Assembly (NCBI GenBank): GCA_903877945.1
Contig: CAIRFY010000323.1
Span: 1-41,614 of the forward strand
Source: an uncultured Oscillochloris sp.
GTDB lineage: Bacteria; Chloroflexota; Chloroflexia; Chloroflexales; Chloroflexaceae
Direction: 5' to 3'
DNA length: 41,614 nucleotides
How positions within the stretch are numbered: the first letter of the stretch is position 1; each line of letters begins with the position of its first letter. Positions 31,018 to 41,473 of this stretch are shown in pieces. The translations under genes were made by a program, and so were the position numbers. The notes beneath the pieces are model-generated. The model worked only from the letters and a program-made list of their open reading frames with translations. It made no database searches and was not told the DNA's origin.

Positions 31018-31134
31018 TTGCCCCGCATCTTCGATAATATCGAGCAGTCGATCATCCCTGCGCTCCGGCAGACGCTTGCGGTGGCCAATACTACGCACGG
31101 CCCACAGGCTACCGGCAAGGCGGCGGAGCGATGA
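31018..31134 (+). pseudogene. 38-codon remnant resembling the N-terminus of PLD/SNF2 helicase proteins of R-M loci
   Basis: TTG-PRIFDNIEQSIIPALRQTLAVA, then unrelated sequence; its TGA overlaps the next ATG (ATGA). Confidence 0.5.
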
Positions 31135-34100
31135 TATCCACCCTTGCCAGTGCTGCCGATCTTGAACTGCATCTCGACCACACCGCCGATGGGCGCTACA
31201 CGGCATCCACCAGTCTACGAATGCCAGAGAGCGACGCGCCCAGTGGCATTAGCGGAGTGCCGGTGCAGATCGATCTGGCCGAACTGCGCTCCCATCAGAT
31301 GGACGATGCGGCCTATGGCCGGGCGCTCGCCAGGATGCTCTTCGACAGCAGGCGACTGAGCGAAGCCTTTATCAAAGCTCATGCTGCCGCTCGCGCTCAA
31401 GACCTCCCCCTGCGCCTCCGCCTGCACCTCGACCCGCATGACGATACACTGCACGCCCTGCGCTGGGAACTGCTCTGCGACACGGATGGTATCCACCTCG
31501 GGCTAAGTGAGCAGGTACTGCTTTCACGCTTTGTGGTCAGCACCGACTCCTCGCCCTATAAGCCAAAGCCTCGTCGCGTCCTACGTGCGCTGGTGGCAGC
31601 CGCTGCACCCGCGAATCTGGCCCAGTTCCGCCTGACACCCTTCGATGCCAGCGGCGTTGCCGTAGCCACCACAGCCGCGCTTAAGCCAGCCCATGTCACC
31701 ACGCTGGACTCCGGAGCCAAGCCGGTGAGCCTGGCCCGGCTCGCCGAATCCCTGCGTGATGCGCCCGACCTCTTCTGTCTGGTCTGCCACGGCGCGCTGA
31801 CGAATGGTGAGCCGGTACTCTTCCTAGAGCATACGCAGGGTCTAGCCGATCCCGTGACCGCCTCACGCCTGCTGGAGATGCTGGGCGCGCTGGACGCCCT
31901 GCCCCGCCTGGTCGTGCTGCTGGCCTGCGAGGGCGCGGGCGATGGTTGTTACGCCGCCCTATCCGCCCTCGGCCCGCGCCTCGCCCGCGCCGGGGTGCCA
32001 GCAGTCCTGGCGATGCAGGGCAAGGTCGGTCTATCCGCCGCGCTTGACTTCGTCGCCAGCATGATGCGAGAGATCCAGCGCGACGGGCAGATCGACCGGG
32101 CCGTGGCCGCCGCTCGCGCCGCCGTGCGCGCCACGCCGCACTGGTGGCGCCCGGCGCTGTTCATGCGCCTGATCTCGGGGCAGCTCTGGATACCCGACGC
32201 GGCCGAGGAGCCAGCCAGCTTCGATACCGCCCCGCCCTTCCCGCTGCCCGACCTGTTCCCGCCCGCCGAATCGCTGATCGGGCGCGGCAGCGACCTGGTC
32301 GAGCTGTGCAACCTGTTCGAGCAGGCCCGCCAGGGGCGCAAGGGCCAGGTGGCGATCATCACCGGGCGGCCGGGCTACGGGCGGGCCGCCCTGGCCCGCG
32401 CCGTGGGGGCCTACGCCGAGGAGCGGGGCGCGGCCCAGCTGGCCCTGCGCTTCTGGCCGACCGCGCGCTTGGGCGAGCCGCAGCGCGCCGCCCTTTGGGC
32501 CGAGGATCATCTGCTGACGCCCGAGGTGGCCGCCCTGGAGTCGCAGATCGCTGCCGCCTGGCCTGCGTCCGCCGCCCTGGCCGGCCCCGCCTGGGTGCGC
32601 CTGGCCGCGCAGGTCGCCGCCCTCCTCGGCCACCTGCCCGCCCAAATGAAGGATAACCCACGGGCGCTGCTCGATCCAATGCGCACCGTCGCCCGCCAAT
32701 GCCCACTTGTCCTGCGGATCGAGGGTTTGGATCTGGCCCCCGACCCCTGGCCCGACCTGCTGCGCTACCTGCTGCCCGAGCTGCGCCGTGACTGGCCGGC
32801 CCTCCTGCTGCTCACCGCCGACGCCGAGGCGGAGCCAGCCACCCTGCCCGATGATCATCGCGGCGAGACCCTAGCCTGGACGCTCGACTTGGCCGGGCAC
32901 GGCATAGCCGACCTGCGATGGCTGGAACCAGTGAGCGTGGCGGATGTAGCCGACCATATCGCCCCGGCTGCACCCGGCATCGCCCGCCGTCTGCATGAAT
33001 TGGGCGATGGCTGCCCAACCCTGATCGAGGCGATTTGGGCCGAGTGGCAGGAGCAGGGCACAGTGCGCTGGGATGATCAGGCCGAGCAGTGGCAGGCCGA
33101 CCCCAACGCGCCGCAGGTTTACGGACGCCTGCGCGACCGGGCGCACAACTGGCTCGGCGCCCTGCTGCCGCCCAACGCCCCGGCTGACTTTACGGAGGAG
33201 ACGGCTACCTCCATCCTGTCCTGCGCCGCCCTGGAGGGCCGGGCCTTCACCGCCCAGGCTGTGGCCGCAGCGCTGGGGCTGGACGCCGAGGCGGTACTGG
33301 ATCTATGCGACAGCCTGATCGGCGATGAGGAGCGCCCCGGCCTGCTGGATGAAGTCGGCTTTGTGCCGGTGCTGGGCCGCAAGCCGAGCGAGTGCCCGAA
33401 CGTCTACCGCTTCAGCTACCTCTACCTCTGGCTAGTCTGGCGCGACTACGGCCCCGAGGGGGATGCGCGCCGCACACTTCAGGCATGCCTGGCCGAGGCG
33501 CTGGAGAAGACCTATGATCCCGAGATGGATCTTGTCGCCGGGGCGATCATCCAGCTCTACGAGGCGGCCGGGCTGCTGCAAAAGGCAGAACCCTACCGCA
33601 AGCGTGCTAGCCGCACCGATAGCATCGCCATGCTGCGCTTCCAAGTCGAACTCCTCGCGGCGCTGGAAGAGCCTGGCCCGATGGATGGCTTTCGGCTCTA
33701 TGAGCTGCGGACGGAGCTGAGTTGGCGCATTCATCGCGAAACTGGGCGCTACGATGAGGCGCTAAGCATTGACCTGGCGGCCCTGCAGCAGACATTGGAA
33801 TGGGGCGACCGTGAGCGCGAGGCCCAGAGCCGACACAATGTAGGGGTGCGCTACTCCTTCCTTGAACAACACACCAGCGCACTGTATGAGCTCAAGCAGG
33901 CCCTGGAGATTTCCAAAGCAGTGCTGGGGATGCGCCACCCCTCCACGGCGAGCACCCTGCACGCACTTGGTCAGGTGCGCCAGGACCAGGGCGACTACCC
34001 GACCGCCGAGGACTACTACCAGCATGCCCTGGAGATCAAAAAAGCAGTGCTGGGGATGCGCCACCCCGAGACGGCGAGCACCCTGCACGCACTTGGTCAG

Positions 34101-34784
34101 GTGCGCCAGAACCAGGGCGACTACCCGACCGCCGAGGACTACTACCAGCAGGCCCTGGAGATTTCCAAAGCAGTGCTGGGGATGCGCCACCCCGAGACGG
34201 CGAACACCCTGCTCGCACTTGGGTGGCTACGCCGGGACCAGGGCGACTACCCGACCGCCGAGGACTACTACCAGCAGGCCCTGGAGATTTTCAAAGCAGT
34301 GCTGGGGATGCGCCACCCCGAGACGGCGAGCACCCTGCACGCACTTGGTCAGGTGCGCCAGGACCAGGGCGACTACCCGACCGCCGAGGACTACTACCAG
34401 CAGGCCCTGGAGATCAAAAAAGCAGTGCTGGGGATGCGCCACCCCGAGACGGCGAGCACCCTGCGCGCACTTGGGTGGCTACGCCAGGCCCAGGGCGATT
34501 ATTTCACCGCTGAGAGCTATCTTCAGCAGGCTCTCGCTATCTGGCAATTGGCCCTTGGTGCACACCACCCCTATACCGCATTTACTATGTATCAACTTGG
34601 TGTCGTGTATGAAGCTCAGAGTAACTACTCGGCGGCCGAGGATTGCTTCCAACAAGCGTTAGGCGTTCAGCTTACCACCCTTGGCTCCAATCACCCGGAT
34701 ACCCAGGATACGCAACGTAGTATTAGAGAGCTTGAACAGAAAACGCGCCGACAGGCGACAGAAGAAGCTGAGCCATCTGCATAA
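31131..34784 (+). CDS. CHAT (caspase-like) protease + STAND/AAA-like NTPase + TPR repeats
   Basis: LRWELL, LVCHG (His), LLACEG (Cys), [15 protein letters not shown]; LIGR...[14 protein letters not shown]; 42-aa TPR repeats. Confidence 0.85.
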   Translation: MISTLASAADLELHLDHTADGRYTASTSLRMPESDAPSGISGVPVQIDLAELRSHQMDDAAYGRALARMLFDSRRLSEAFIKAHAAARAQDLPLRLRLHLDPHDDTLHALRWELLCDTDGIHLGLSEQVLLSRFVVSTDSSPYKPKPRRVLRALVAAAAPANLAQFRLTPFDASGVAVATTAALKPAHVTTLDSGAKPVSLARLAESLRDAPDLFCLVCHGALTNGEPVLFLEHTQGLADPVTASRLLEMLGALDALPRLVVLLACEGAGDGCYAALSALGPRLARAGVPAVLAMQGKVGLSAALDFVASMMREIQRDGQIDRAVAAARAAVRATPHWWRPALFMRLISGQLWIPDAAEEPASFDTAPPFPLPDLFPPAESLIGRGSDLVELCNLFEQARQGRKGQVAIITGRPGYGRAALARAVGAYAEERGAAQLALRFWPTARLGEPQRAALWAEDHLLTPEVAALESQIAAAWPASAALAGPAWVRLAAQVAALLGHLPAQMKDNPRALLDPMRTVARQCPLVLRIEGLDLAPDPWPDLLRYLLPELRRDWPALLLLTADAEAEPATLPDDHRGETLAWTLDLAGHGIADLRWLEPVSVADVADHIAPAAPGIARRLHELGDGCPTLIEAIWAEWQEQGTVRWDDQAEQWQADPNAPQVYGRLRDRAHNWLGALLPPNAPADFTEETATSILSCAALEGRAFTAQAVAAALGLDAEAVLDLCDSLIGDEERPGLLDEVGFVPVLGRKPSECPNVYRFSYLYLWLVWRDYGPEGDARRTLQACLAEALEKTYDPEMDLVAGAIIQLYEAAGLLQKAEPYRKRASRTDSIAMLRFQVELLAALEEPGPMDGFRLYELRTELSWRIHRETGRYDEALSIDLAALQQTLEWGDREREAQSRHNVGVRYSFLEQHTSALYELKQALEISKAVLGMRHPSTASTLHALGQVRQDQGDYPTAEDYYQHALEIKKAVLGMRHPETASTLHALGQVRQNQGDYPTAEDYYQQALEISKAVLGMRHPETANTLLALGWLRRDQGDYPTAEDYYQQALEIFKAVLGMRHPETASTLHALGQVRQDQGDYPTAEDYYQQALEIKKAVLGMRHPETASTLRALGWLRQAQGDYFTAESYLQQALAIWQLALGAHHPYTAFTMYQLGVVYEAQSNYSAAEDCFQQALGVQLTTLGSNHPDTQDTQRSIRELEQKTRRQATEEAEPSA
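33895..34530 (+). repeat. About five near-identical 126-bp intragenic TPR units
   Basis: gccctggagat recurs at 33900, 34026, 34152, 34278 and 34404. Confidence 0.9.
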
Positions 34785-34816
34785 CATCACCTTCACCTCA
34801 ACCACGAGCACTACTC

Positions 34817-37180
34817 ATGACCACCAGCAAATCCGACCTCAGCGAGCGCGATATCTGCACCAAGTTCATTACGCCCGCGATTGCGGCGGCCGGCTGGGAT
34901 GTGCGTCTCCAGGTGCGCGAGGAGGTCACGTTCACGAACGGGCGGGTGATCGTTCGCGGGAAACTGGTCAGCCGGGGGCAGACCCGCCGGGCTGACTATG
35001 TCCTCTCCCACAAGCCGAACCTGCCGCTGGCGATCATTGAGGCGAAGGATAATGCCCACAGCCTCGGCGATGGCATGCAGCAGGCCCTGGTCTACGCCGA
35101 GGCGCTGGATATCCCCTTTGTCTACAGCTCCAACGGCGATGGCTTCCTTGAGCATGACCGCACCGTTGCCAGCGGGATCGTAGAGCGCCAGCTCTCCCTG
35201 GCCGAGTTCCCCTCGCCCGACGCGCTCTGGGCGCGCTACTGCGCCTGGAAGAGCCTCACCGCCCCCGCGCAGCAGCAGGTGGTCGCCCAGGACTACTACA
35301 GCGACGGGAGTGGTCGTGACCCGCGCTACTATCAGCGCACGGCGATCAACCGGGTGATCGAGGCCATCGCCCACGGCCAGAATCGACTGCTGCTGGTGAT
35401 GGCCACCGGCACCGGCAAGACCTACACCGCCTTCCAGATCATCTGGCGGCTCTGGAAGTCCGGCGCGCGCAGGCGCATCCTCTTCCTGGCCGACCGCACT
35501 ATCCTGGTTGACCAGACCCGCAATAACGACTTCAAGCCCTTCGGCTCGGCGATGACCAAGATCCAGAACCGTCAGGCCGATACGTCCTACGAGATCTACC
35601 TCGCGCTCTACCAGGCGGTCTCCGGCACCGAGGAGGCGCAGAATATCTACAAGCAGTTCTCGCGCGGCTTCTTCGACCTGATTGTGGTCGATGAGTGCCA
35701 CCGGGGCAGCGCCGCCGCCGACTCGGCCTGGCGCGAGATCCTGGAGTACTTCAGCGCCGCGACTCAGATCGGCCTGACGGCCACGCCCAAGGAGACGAAG
35801 GAGATCTCGAACAGCGACTACTTCGGCACGCCGGTCTATACCTACTCGCTGCGTCAGGGCATTGAAGATGGCTTCCTCGCACCCTACAAGGTGGTGCGGA
35901 TCGACCTCGACAAGGATCTGCTCGGCTGGCGACCTGAGCACGGCAAGCGCGATGCGAACGGGGCTGAGATCGAGGACCGGATCTACAACCAGCAGGACTT
36001 CGACCGCACATTGGTGCTCGACCAGCGCACGCAGTTGGTCGCCCGCAAGGTGGCCGAGTTCCTCCAGGCGACCGACCCCTACGCCAAGACGATTGTCTTC
36101 TGCGAGGATATTGACCATGCCGAGCGCATGCGTCAGGCGCTGGTGAACGCTCTACCCGAACTGGCCGGGGCCAACCGGCGCTATGTGGTGCGAATTACCG
36201 GCGACAACGATGAGGGCAAGGCCGAGTTGGACAACTTCATCGACCCCGAGAGCCGTTACCCGGTGATCGCTACCACCTCCAAGCTTCTCACCACCGGCGT
36301 GGACGCCCAGACCTGCAAGCTGATCGTGCTTGACCAGCGCATCCAGTCGATGACTGAGTTCAAGCAGATCATCGGTCGTGGCACACGCATCAACGAGGAG
36401 TACGACAAGTACTACTTCACGATCATCGACTTCAAGAAGGCCACCGAGCTCTTCGCCGATTCGGCCTTTGACGGTGACCCAGTACAGATCTACGAGCCGG
36501 ACGGGGATGCCTCGCCGGTGCCGCCGGATGATCTGCCCGAACCCGAGCCGGCTGAGCCAACAACCGGCGATGGCCTACCGGGCGATGATCTGCCTGAGGG
36601 CAGCGGCGGGGGCAGACGCATCCGCTACGTGGTTAACGACGTGCCGGTGTATGTGCTCGCCGAGCGAGTACAATACTACGGTGCCGACGGTCGTCTGATC
36701 ACCGAGTCTCTGCGCGACTACACCCGCAGCGCGGTGCGCCGCCAGTTCGCCTCACTCGACGCCTTCCTGACCCGCTGGGGCAAGGCCGAGCAGAAGCACG
36801 CGATCATCGTGGAGCTGGAGGAGCAGGGCGTATTGCTGCACGAGCTGGCCGAGCAGGTGGGCAAGGAGTTCGACCCGTTCGACCTAGTGGCCCACGTGGC
36901 CTTCGATCAGCCGCCGCTCACCCGGCGCGAGCGGGCCGAGCAGGTGCGCAAGCGCGACTACTTCGCCCGCTACGGCGAGCAGGCCCGCGCGGTGCTCGAC
37001 ACGCTGCTGGAGAAGTACGCCGACGCCGGGATCGAGCCGATTGAGAGCGTCGAGGTGCTCAAGGTGCAGCCCTTCGACCGGCTCGGCTCGCCGGTGGAGT
37101 TGATCAAGCGCTTCGGCGGGAAGGCCGAGTATCTGGAGGCTGTGCGCGAGCTGCGCGAGCATCTGTATCGTGCAGCGTAG
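34817..37180 (+). CDS. hsdR: Type I restriction enzyme R subunit (EcoAI-like)
   Basis: ADYVL...IEAK nuclease; MATGTGKT; DECHRG; LTATP; QIIGRGTR; EcoEI-R-type C-terminus. Confidence 0.95.
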   Translation: MTTSKSDLSERDICTKFITPAIAAAGWDVRLQVREEVTFTNGRVIVRGKLVSRGQTRRADYVLSHKPNLPLAIIEAKDNAHSLGDGMQQALVYAEALDIPFVYSSNGDGFLEHDRTVASGIVERQLSLAEFPSPDALWARYCAWKSLTAPAQQQVVAQDYYSDGSGRDPRYYQRTAINRVIEAIAHGQNRLLLVMATGTGKTYTAFQIIWRLWKSGARRRILFLADRTILVDQTRNNDFKPFGSAMTKIQNRQADTSYEIYLALYQAVSGTEEAQNIYKQFSRGFFDLIVVDECHRGSAAADSAWREILEYFSAATQIGLTATPKETKEISNSDYFGTPVYTYSLRQGIEDGFLAPYKVVRIDLDKDLLGWRPEHGKRDANGAEIEDRIYNQQDFDRTLVLDQRTQLVARKVAEFLQATDPYAKTIVFCEDIDHAERMRQALVNALPELAGANRRYVVRITGDNDEGKAELDNFIDPESRYPVIATTSKLLTTGVDAQTCKLIVLDQRIQSMTEFKQIIGRGTRINEEYDKYYFTIIDFKKATELFADSAFDGDPVQIYEPDGDASPVPPDDLPEPEPAEPTTGDGLPGDDLPEGSGGGRRIRYVVNDVPVYVLAERVQYYGADGRLITESLRDYTRSAVRRQFASLDAFLTRWGKAEQKHAIIVELEEQGVLLHELAEQVGKEFDPFDLVAHVAFDQPPLTRRERAEQVRKRDYFARYGEQARAVLDTLLEKYADAGIEPIESVEVLKVQPFDRLGSPVELIKRFGGKAEYLEAVRELREHLYRAA

Positions 37181-37232
37181 GCTCTGTGAGGGCGAAGAAT
37201 CTCGCTATGAAACCGCAGCATATGCACGTAAC

Positions 37233-37310
37233 TGTCACCCTGAGCGTAGCGAAGGGTCCCGAGACTCATCCGCATCACCGCCGGGACGCTTCGCTTCGCT
37301 CAGGGTGACA
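37233..37310. repeat. REP/REPIN-like inverted repeat (29-bp arms, 2 mismatches)
   Basis: tgtcaccctgagcgtagcgaagggtcccg ... cgggacgcttcgcttcgctcagggtgaca. Confidence 0.9.
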
Positions 37311-37328
37311 CATAAACTGTAGCCATCT

Positions 37329-37610
37329 ATGGCGTATTACGTTTACATCTTGGCCAGTCCATCGCGCACGATCTATATCGGCGTGACAAATGATCTGGAG
37401 CGGCGGGTCTATGAACACGCGCAGAAACTCATCCCCGGTTTCACCAGTCGCTACAATATTAGCCGCCTGGTCTACGTTGAAGAGACCCCCGATGTCTACG
37501 CGGCCATCAGCCGGGAGAAGCAACTGAAAGGCTGGCGTCGTGACAGGAAGTTAGCCCTGATTGAGTCGATCAACCCTGAGTGGCGCGATCTGAGTGTAGA
37601 TTGGGAATAG
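37329..37610 (+). CDS. Small GIY-YIG nuclease, copy 1
   Basis: YYVYIL...IYIGVTNDLERRVYEH...AISREKQLKGWRR...NPEWRDL. Confidence 0.92.
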   Translation: MAYYVYILASPSRTIYIGVTNDLERRVYEHAQKLIPGFTSRYNISRLVYVEETPDVYAAISREKQLKGWRRDRKLALIESINPEWRDLSVDWE

Positions 37611-37654
37611 CGCCCAATGCTTTATGATGGTTCTACCAAGCTGTCACTCCGCTC

Positions 37655-37823
37655 TGCGCACGGAATCCTGGCCGGGACGCTTCGCTGCGCTCAGCGTGAC
37701 AGGCCCCACATGTCATGCGCACGGAATCCTGGCCGGGACGCTTCGCTGCGCTCAGCGTGACAGGCCCCACATGTCATGCGCACGGAATCCTGGCCGGGAC
37801 GCTTCGCTGCGCTCAGCGTGACA
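37655..37823. repeat. 61-bp tandem repeat x about 2.8 containing the REP arm
   Basis: Units start at 37655, 37716 and 37777; each contains cgggacgcttcgctgcgctcagcgtgaca. Confidence 0.92.
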
Positions 37824-37842
37824 TATTGAGACTTCTAAAACA

Positions 37843-39282
37843 ATGAGTATCTCGACCACGATCAAGACCATCCAGGACATCATGCGAAAGGACGCGGGCG
37901 TGGACGGCGACGCCCAGCGTATCAGCCAGTTGGTCTGGATGATCTTCCTCAAGATTTTCGACGACCGCGAGCAGGAGTACGAGCTGCTGGAGGATGACTA
38001 CCGCTCGCCCATTCCTACGCGGCTACGCTGGCGCAGATGGGCCGCCGACGCCGAGGGTATCACCGGCGAGGCCCTGCTGAACTTCGTGAACAACGACCTG
38101 TTCCCCACGCTCAAGGATCTGACCCTCGACCCGCAGCGTGACCGGCGCGGCCTGGTGGTGCGCGAGGTGTTTCAGGACGCCTACAACTACATGAAGAATG
38201 GCACCCTGGTGCGCCAAGTGGTCAACAAGCTCAATGAGGTTGACTTCAACCGCTCCGAGGACCGCCACCTCTTCGGCGACATCTACGAGCAACTGCTGCG
38301 CGACCTCCAGAGCGCGGGCAACAGCGGGGAGTACTATACGCCACGTGCCGTCACCCAGTTCATGGTTGATATGGTCAACCCGCGCCTCGGTGAGCGCCTG
38401 CTTGATCCCGCCGCCGGGACGGGCGGATTCCTGGCCTGCGCAATCGAGCATCTGCGCGCCCAGGTGAAGATCCCCACCGACGGCGACACGCTCCAGGCGT
38501 CGATCTTCGGCGTGGAGAAAAAGCAACTGCCGCACATGCTTTGCGTCACCAATATGCTGCTCCACGGCATTGAGGTGCCCTCGCAGATCCGCCGCGACAA
38601 CACCCTGGCCCGCCCACTGATCAGCTACACCCCCAAAGAGCGCGTCGATGTCATTCTCACCAACCCGCCCTTCGGTGGCATGGAGGAGGACGGGATCGAG
38701 CAGAGCTTCCCGCAGACCTTCCGCACCCGTGAGACAGCTGACCTGTTCCTGGTGCTAATCATCCACCTGCTCAAGGAGGGAGGGCGCGGGGCGATTGTCC
38801 TGCCGGACGGCACCCTGTTCGGCGAAGGCATCAAGACGCGGGTGAAGGAGAAGCTGCTGACCGAGTGCAACCTGCACACGGTCGTGCGCCTGCCCAACGG
38901 CGTCTTTGCGCCCTACACCGGGATCAAGACCAACCTGCTCTTCTTCACCAAGGGCACACCGACCCGCGAGGTCTGGTACTACGAGCACCCCTACCCTCCT
39001 GGCGCCAAGTCCTACTCGAAGACCAAGCCGATCCGTATCGAGGAGTTTGCGCCGGAAAAGGCGTGGTGGGAGAACCGGGTCGAGCACGAGTACGCCTGGC
39101 GCGTGCCGGTGGAGCAGATCGCGGAAAACGGCTACAACCTCGACAGCAAAAACCCGCACCAGATCGATGTGGAGCACCTCGACCCCGAGCATCTGCTGTC
39201 CAGCTACCGCACGCTGCTCGCCGATGTGGCCGAGGCCCGCGAGGCGCTGCGCCGCGAGCTGGCGGCATCGCTGGAGCGGTAG
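37843..39282 (+). CDS. hsdM: Type I R-M N6-adenine methyltransferase M subunit
   Basis: GEYYTPR, DPAAGTGGF, NPPF, VLPDGTLF, YTGIKTN. Confidence 0.95.
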   Translation: MSISTTIKTIQDIMRKDAGVDGDAQRISQLVWMIFLKIFDDREQEYELLEDDYRSPIPTRLRWRRWAADAEGITGEALLNFVNNDLFPTLKDLTLDPQRDRRGLVVREVFQDAYNYMKNGTLVRQVVNKLNEVDFNRSEDRHLFGDIYEQLLRDLQSAGNSGEYYTPRAVTQFMVDMVNPRLGERLLDPAAGTGGFLACAIEHLRAQVKIPTDGDTLQASIFGVEKKQLPHMLCVTNMLLHGIEVPSQIRRDNTLARPLISYTPKERVDVILTNPPFGGMEEDGIEQSFPQTFRTRETADLFLVLIIHLLKEGGRGAIVLPDGTLFGEGIKTRVKEKLLTECNLHTVVRLPNGVFAPYTGIKTNLLFFTKGTPTREVWYYEHPYPPGAKSYSKTKPIRIEEFAPEKAWWENRVEHEYAWRVPVEQIAENGYNLDSKNPHQIDVEHLDPEHLLSSYRTLLADVAEAREALRRELAASLER

Positions 39283-39342
39283 CAATCCATCCGCTGGTAC
39301 AATGGCCACGCCAGCCTGTGAGCGAGGAGTAGGAAAAAGAGC

Positions 39343-40557
39343 ATGAGCGTTCGTCAACAGACAGTACTTGAGCGCCTGCGCGTCAAAAACTTTCGCAGCC
39401 TCGTCGATGTCGATCTGAGCTTTGATCGCCTGGTCGTGCTCGTTGGCGCGAATGGCTCAGGCAAGAGCACGGTGATCGACGTCGTTCGCTTTGTGCGTGA
39501 TGCGTTGACGCGCAGCCTCGACGACGCAATCCTTGATCGCAGTGGCATTGCCTCTATTCGGCGTTGGTCGCCGAGAGGTGCGCCTGATGTGAGCATCCAG
39601 CTCTGGCTGCGTGGCGCCAATTGGGAAGCTGAGTATAGCTTTGTGATTGGCAGCGAGCAGCGTGGTGCGTGGCGGGTCAAAGCAGAGAATCTTCTTATCA
39701 CCCAAACACCAAGCGATCACGTCGGTGAGTATGTGCGGGAGCAGCCAACGCTTGAATTTCATATCAAAGAGGGAAAGCTCGACAACACCCCGGAAGGCTT
39801 AGATCATATTGCTCGCCTGCCAGCACTCATCTCTACCAGCGATCTGCTTATGCCCAAGCTGCGCCTGTTGTCATTTATGCGCGCACCCGACGAAATGTAT
39901 CGTTTCTTCGCCGACATGAGCTTTCACACTATCTACCCCAACAGCCTGCGCGAACCACAGAAGCCAGGGAACGACTACCCGCTCGAAGAGCGCGGCCAGA
40001 ATCTGGCCTCCGTATTGCGAAGTTTTCAGCAGAACCATGACTCATATGCGCTGCTGAATGATGCGCTTGGCCGTGTGGTCGAGGGTGTGAGTAGCTACAC
40101 CGTCCAACTCATTGGCGGGTTTCTGGTGACGAGACTTCAGCACACCCCAACGGAGGGGGGGCGGCGTGGCCCAGCCTTTGATCTCTCCCAGGAATCTGAC
40201 GGAACCTTGCGTATGCTCGGCATCCTCACGGCGCTCTATCAGGAGCCGGCGCGCTCAATACTGACCATCGAGGAGCCCGAGTTGACGATACACCCAGGTG
40301 CCCTCGGCGTGCTTTGCGATGTCATCCTCGAAGCGAGCGCCCGCAGTCAGGTCATCGTCACAACCCATAGCCCCGATTTGATTGATCGCTTCCCGACCGA
40401 TTCGCTGCGGGTTGTTGATAAGCAAGATGGTGTAACCAGTGTCGGGCCAGTAAGTGACGACCAGCGCGCTGTCATTGCACAACACCTCTTCTCCCCTGGA
40501 GAATTACTCCGCATCGAGGGGTTGCAGCGCGAGGATACGCGAAAGGGTAGCCGCTAA
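39343..40557 (+). CDS. ABC/AAA_21-type ATPase
   Basis: VKNFRSL, GANGSGKS, ESDGTLR, IEEPELTIHP, TTHSPDL. Confidence 0.88.
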   Translation: MSVRQQTVLERLRVKNFRSLVDVDLSFDRLVVLVGANGSGKSTVIDVVRFVRDALTRSLDDAILDRSGIASIRRWSPRGAPDVSIQLWLRGANWEAEYSFVIGSEQRGAWRVKAENLLITQTPSDHVGEYVREQPTLEFHIKEGKLDNTPEGLDHIARLPALISTSDLLMPKLRLLSFMRAPDEMYRFFADMSFHTIYPNSLREPQKPGNDYPLEERGQNLASVLRSFQQNHDSYALLNDALGRVVEGVSSYTVQLIGGFLVTRLQHTPTEGGRRGPAFDLSQESDGTLRMLGILTALYQEPARSILTIEEPELTIHPGALGVLCDVILEASARSQVIVTTHSPDLIDRFPTDSLRVVDKQDGVTSVGPVSDDQRAVIAQHLFSPGELLRIEGLQREDTRKGSR

Positions 40558-40561
40558 TTCT

Positions 40562-41191
40562 ATGCCGACACTTGTGCCAGTTGTTGAGGGTGACGGCGAA
40601 ATGGAAGCAGTGCCCATGCTTCTCCGCCGTATGCTGGAACGCATGGAGCGCTGGGATTGGTCGGTTGGTAAAGCACGGAAGATTGGCGGGATTGGTAAGC
40701 TCCGTAAGGAGTTCGATAATCTGCTTCAGCGCTTGGCCACCGCTCCGGACTGCGATGCCATCCTCATCCTGAACGATATGGACGACGGCTGCCCGGTGAC
40801 AGAGGCGCTGGCCCTAGCGCAGCGGGCGCGCACGCTGATGCTGCCCTGTCCCGTGGCGCTCGTCTTGGCGCATCGTGAGTACGAATCTTGGTTCCTCACC
40901 AGCCTACCGACCATCGCCGGTAACTATGATCTGCCTGCCAATCTCGTCTATCAAGGAGAGATCGAAGGGCGGCGCGACGTGAAGGGCTGGCTCAGTGACC
41001 AGATGCCCCCAGGTAAGATCTACAAAGAGACGATCCACCAGGTCAGAATGACTGGCTTGCTCGATATTGACCTGGCCCTATCTTCACGCTCCTTCCAACG
41101 GTTCTACCATGCAGTTGAGGAACTGGTGGGTACAGGGGGCGTTGCGGAGCGAGGCTATGCGACACCAGCGCCCGCTGGTGATCACCCGTAA
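40562..41191 (+). CDS. DUF4276-family (TOPRIM-like) protein
   Basis: VVEGDGE, LNDMDDGCP, EYESWFL, YKETIHQ, SRSFQRF; directly after the ATPase. Confidence 0.8.
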   Translation: MPTLVPVVEGDGEMEAVPMLLRRMLERMERWDWSVGKARKIGGIGKLRKEFDNLLQRLATAPDCDAILILNDMDDGCPVTEALALAQRARTLMLPCPVALVLAHREYESWFLTSLPTIAGNYDLPANLVYQGEIEGRRDVKGWLSDQMPPGKIYKETIHQVRMTGLLDIDLALSSRSFQRFYHAVEELVGTGGVAERGYATPAPAGDHP

Positions 41192-41473
41192 ATGGCCTAC
41201 TATGTGTACATCATGGCGAGTCCATCGCGCACGATCTATGTCGGCGTGACAAATGATCTAGAGCGGCGTGTATATGAACACGCGCAGAAGCTTCTCCCTG
41301 GCTTCACCAGTCGCTACAATGTTAGTCGGTTGGTCTACTTCGAGGAGACACCCGATATCTACGCAGCCATCAGCCGGGAGAAGCAGTTGAAGGGCTGGCG
41401 TCGCGACAGAAAAATTGCTCTGATCGAGTCCAGTAACCCCGAGTGGCGGGATCTCAGCACAGACTGGCAGTAA
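41192..41473 (+). CDS. Small GIY-YIG nuclease, copy 2
   Basis: 83/93 aa identical to copy 1; ATG immediately follows the DUF4276 stop. Confidence 0.92.
   Translation: MAYYVYIMASPSRTIYVGVTNDLERRVYEHAQKLLPGFTSRYNVSRLVYFEETPDIYAAISREKQLKGWRRDRKIALIESSNPEWRDLSTDWQ

Noticed and set aside
34811-36118. 435-aa antisense ORF and similar shadow ORFs
   Set aside because: Antisense to well-supported genes; expected in high-GC DNA.
37655-37823. CRISPR array (61-bp period)
   Set aside because: The would-be spacers are identical; it is a tandem REP duplication.
37843-41191. hsdM-ATPase-DUF4276 as the missing mad2-4 half of a split MADS
   Set aside because: It lies 22 kb away across host genes and is linked to its own hsdR, so it is more simply a type I R-M with cargo. 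Not fully excluded.
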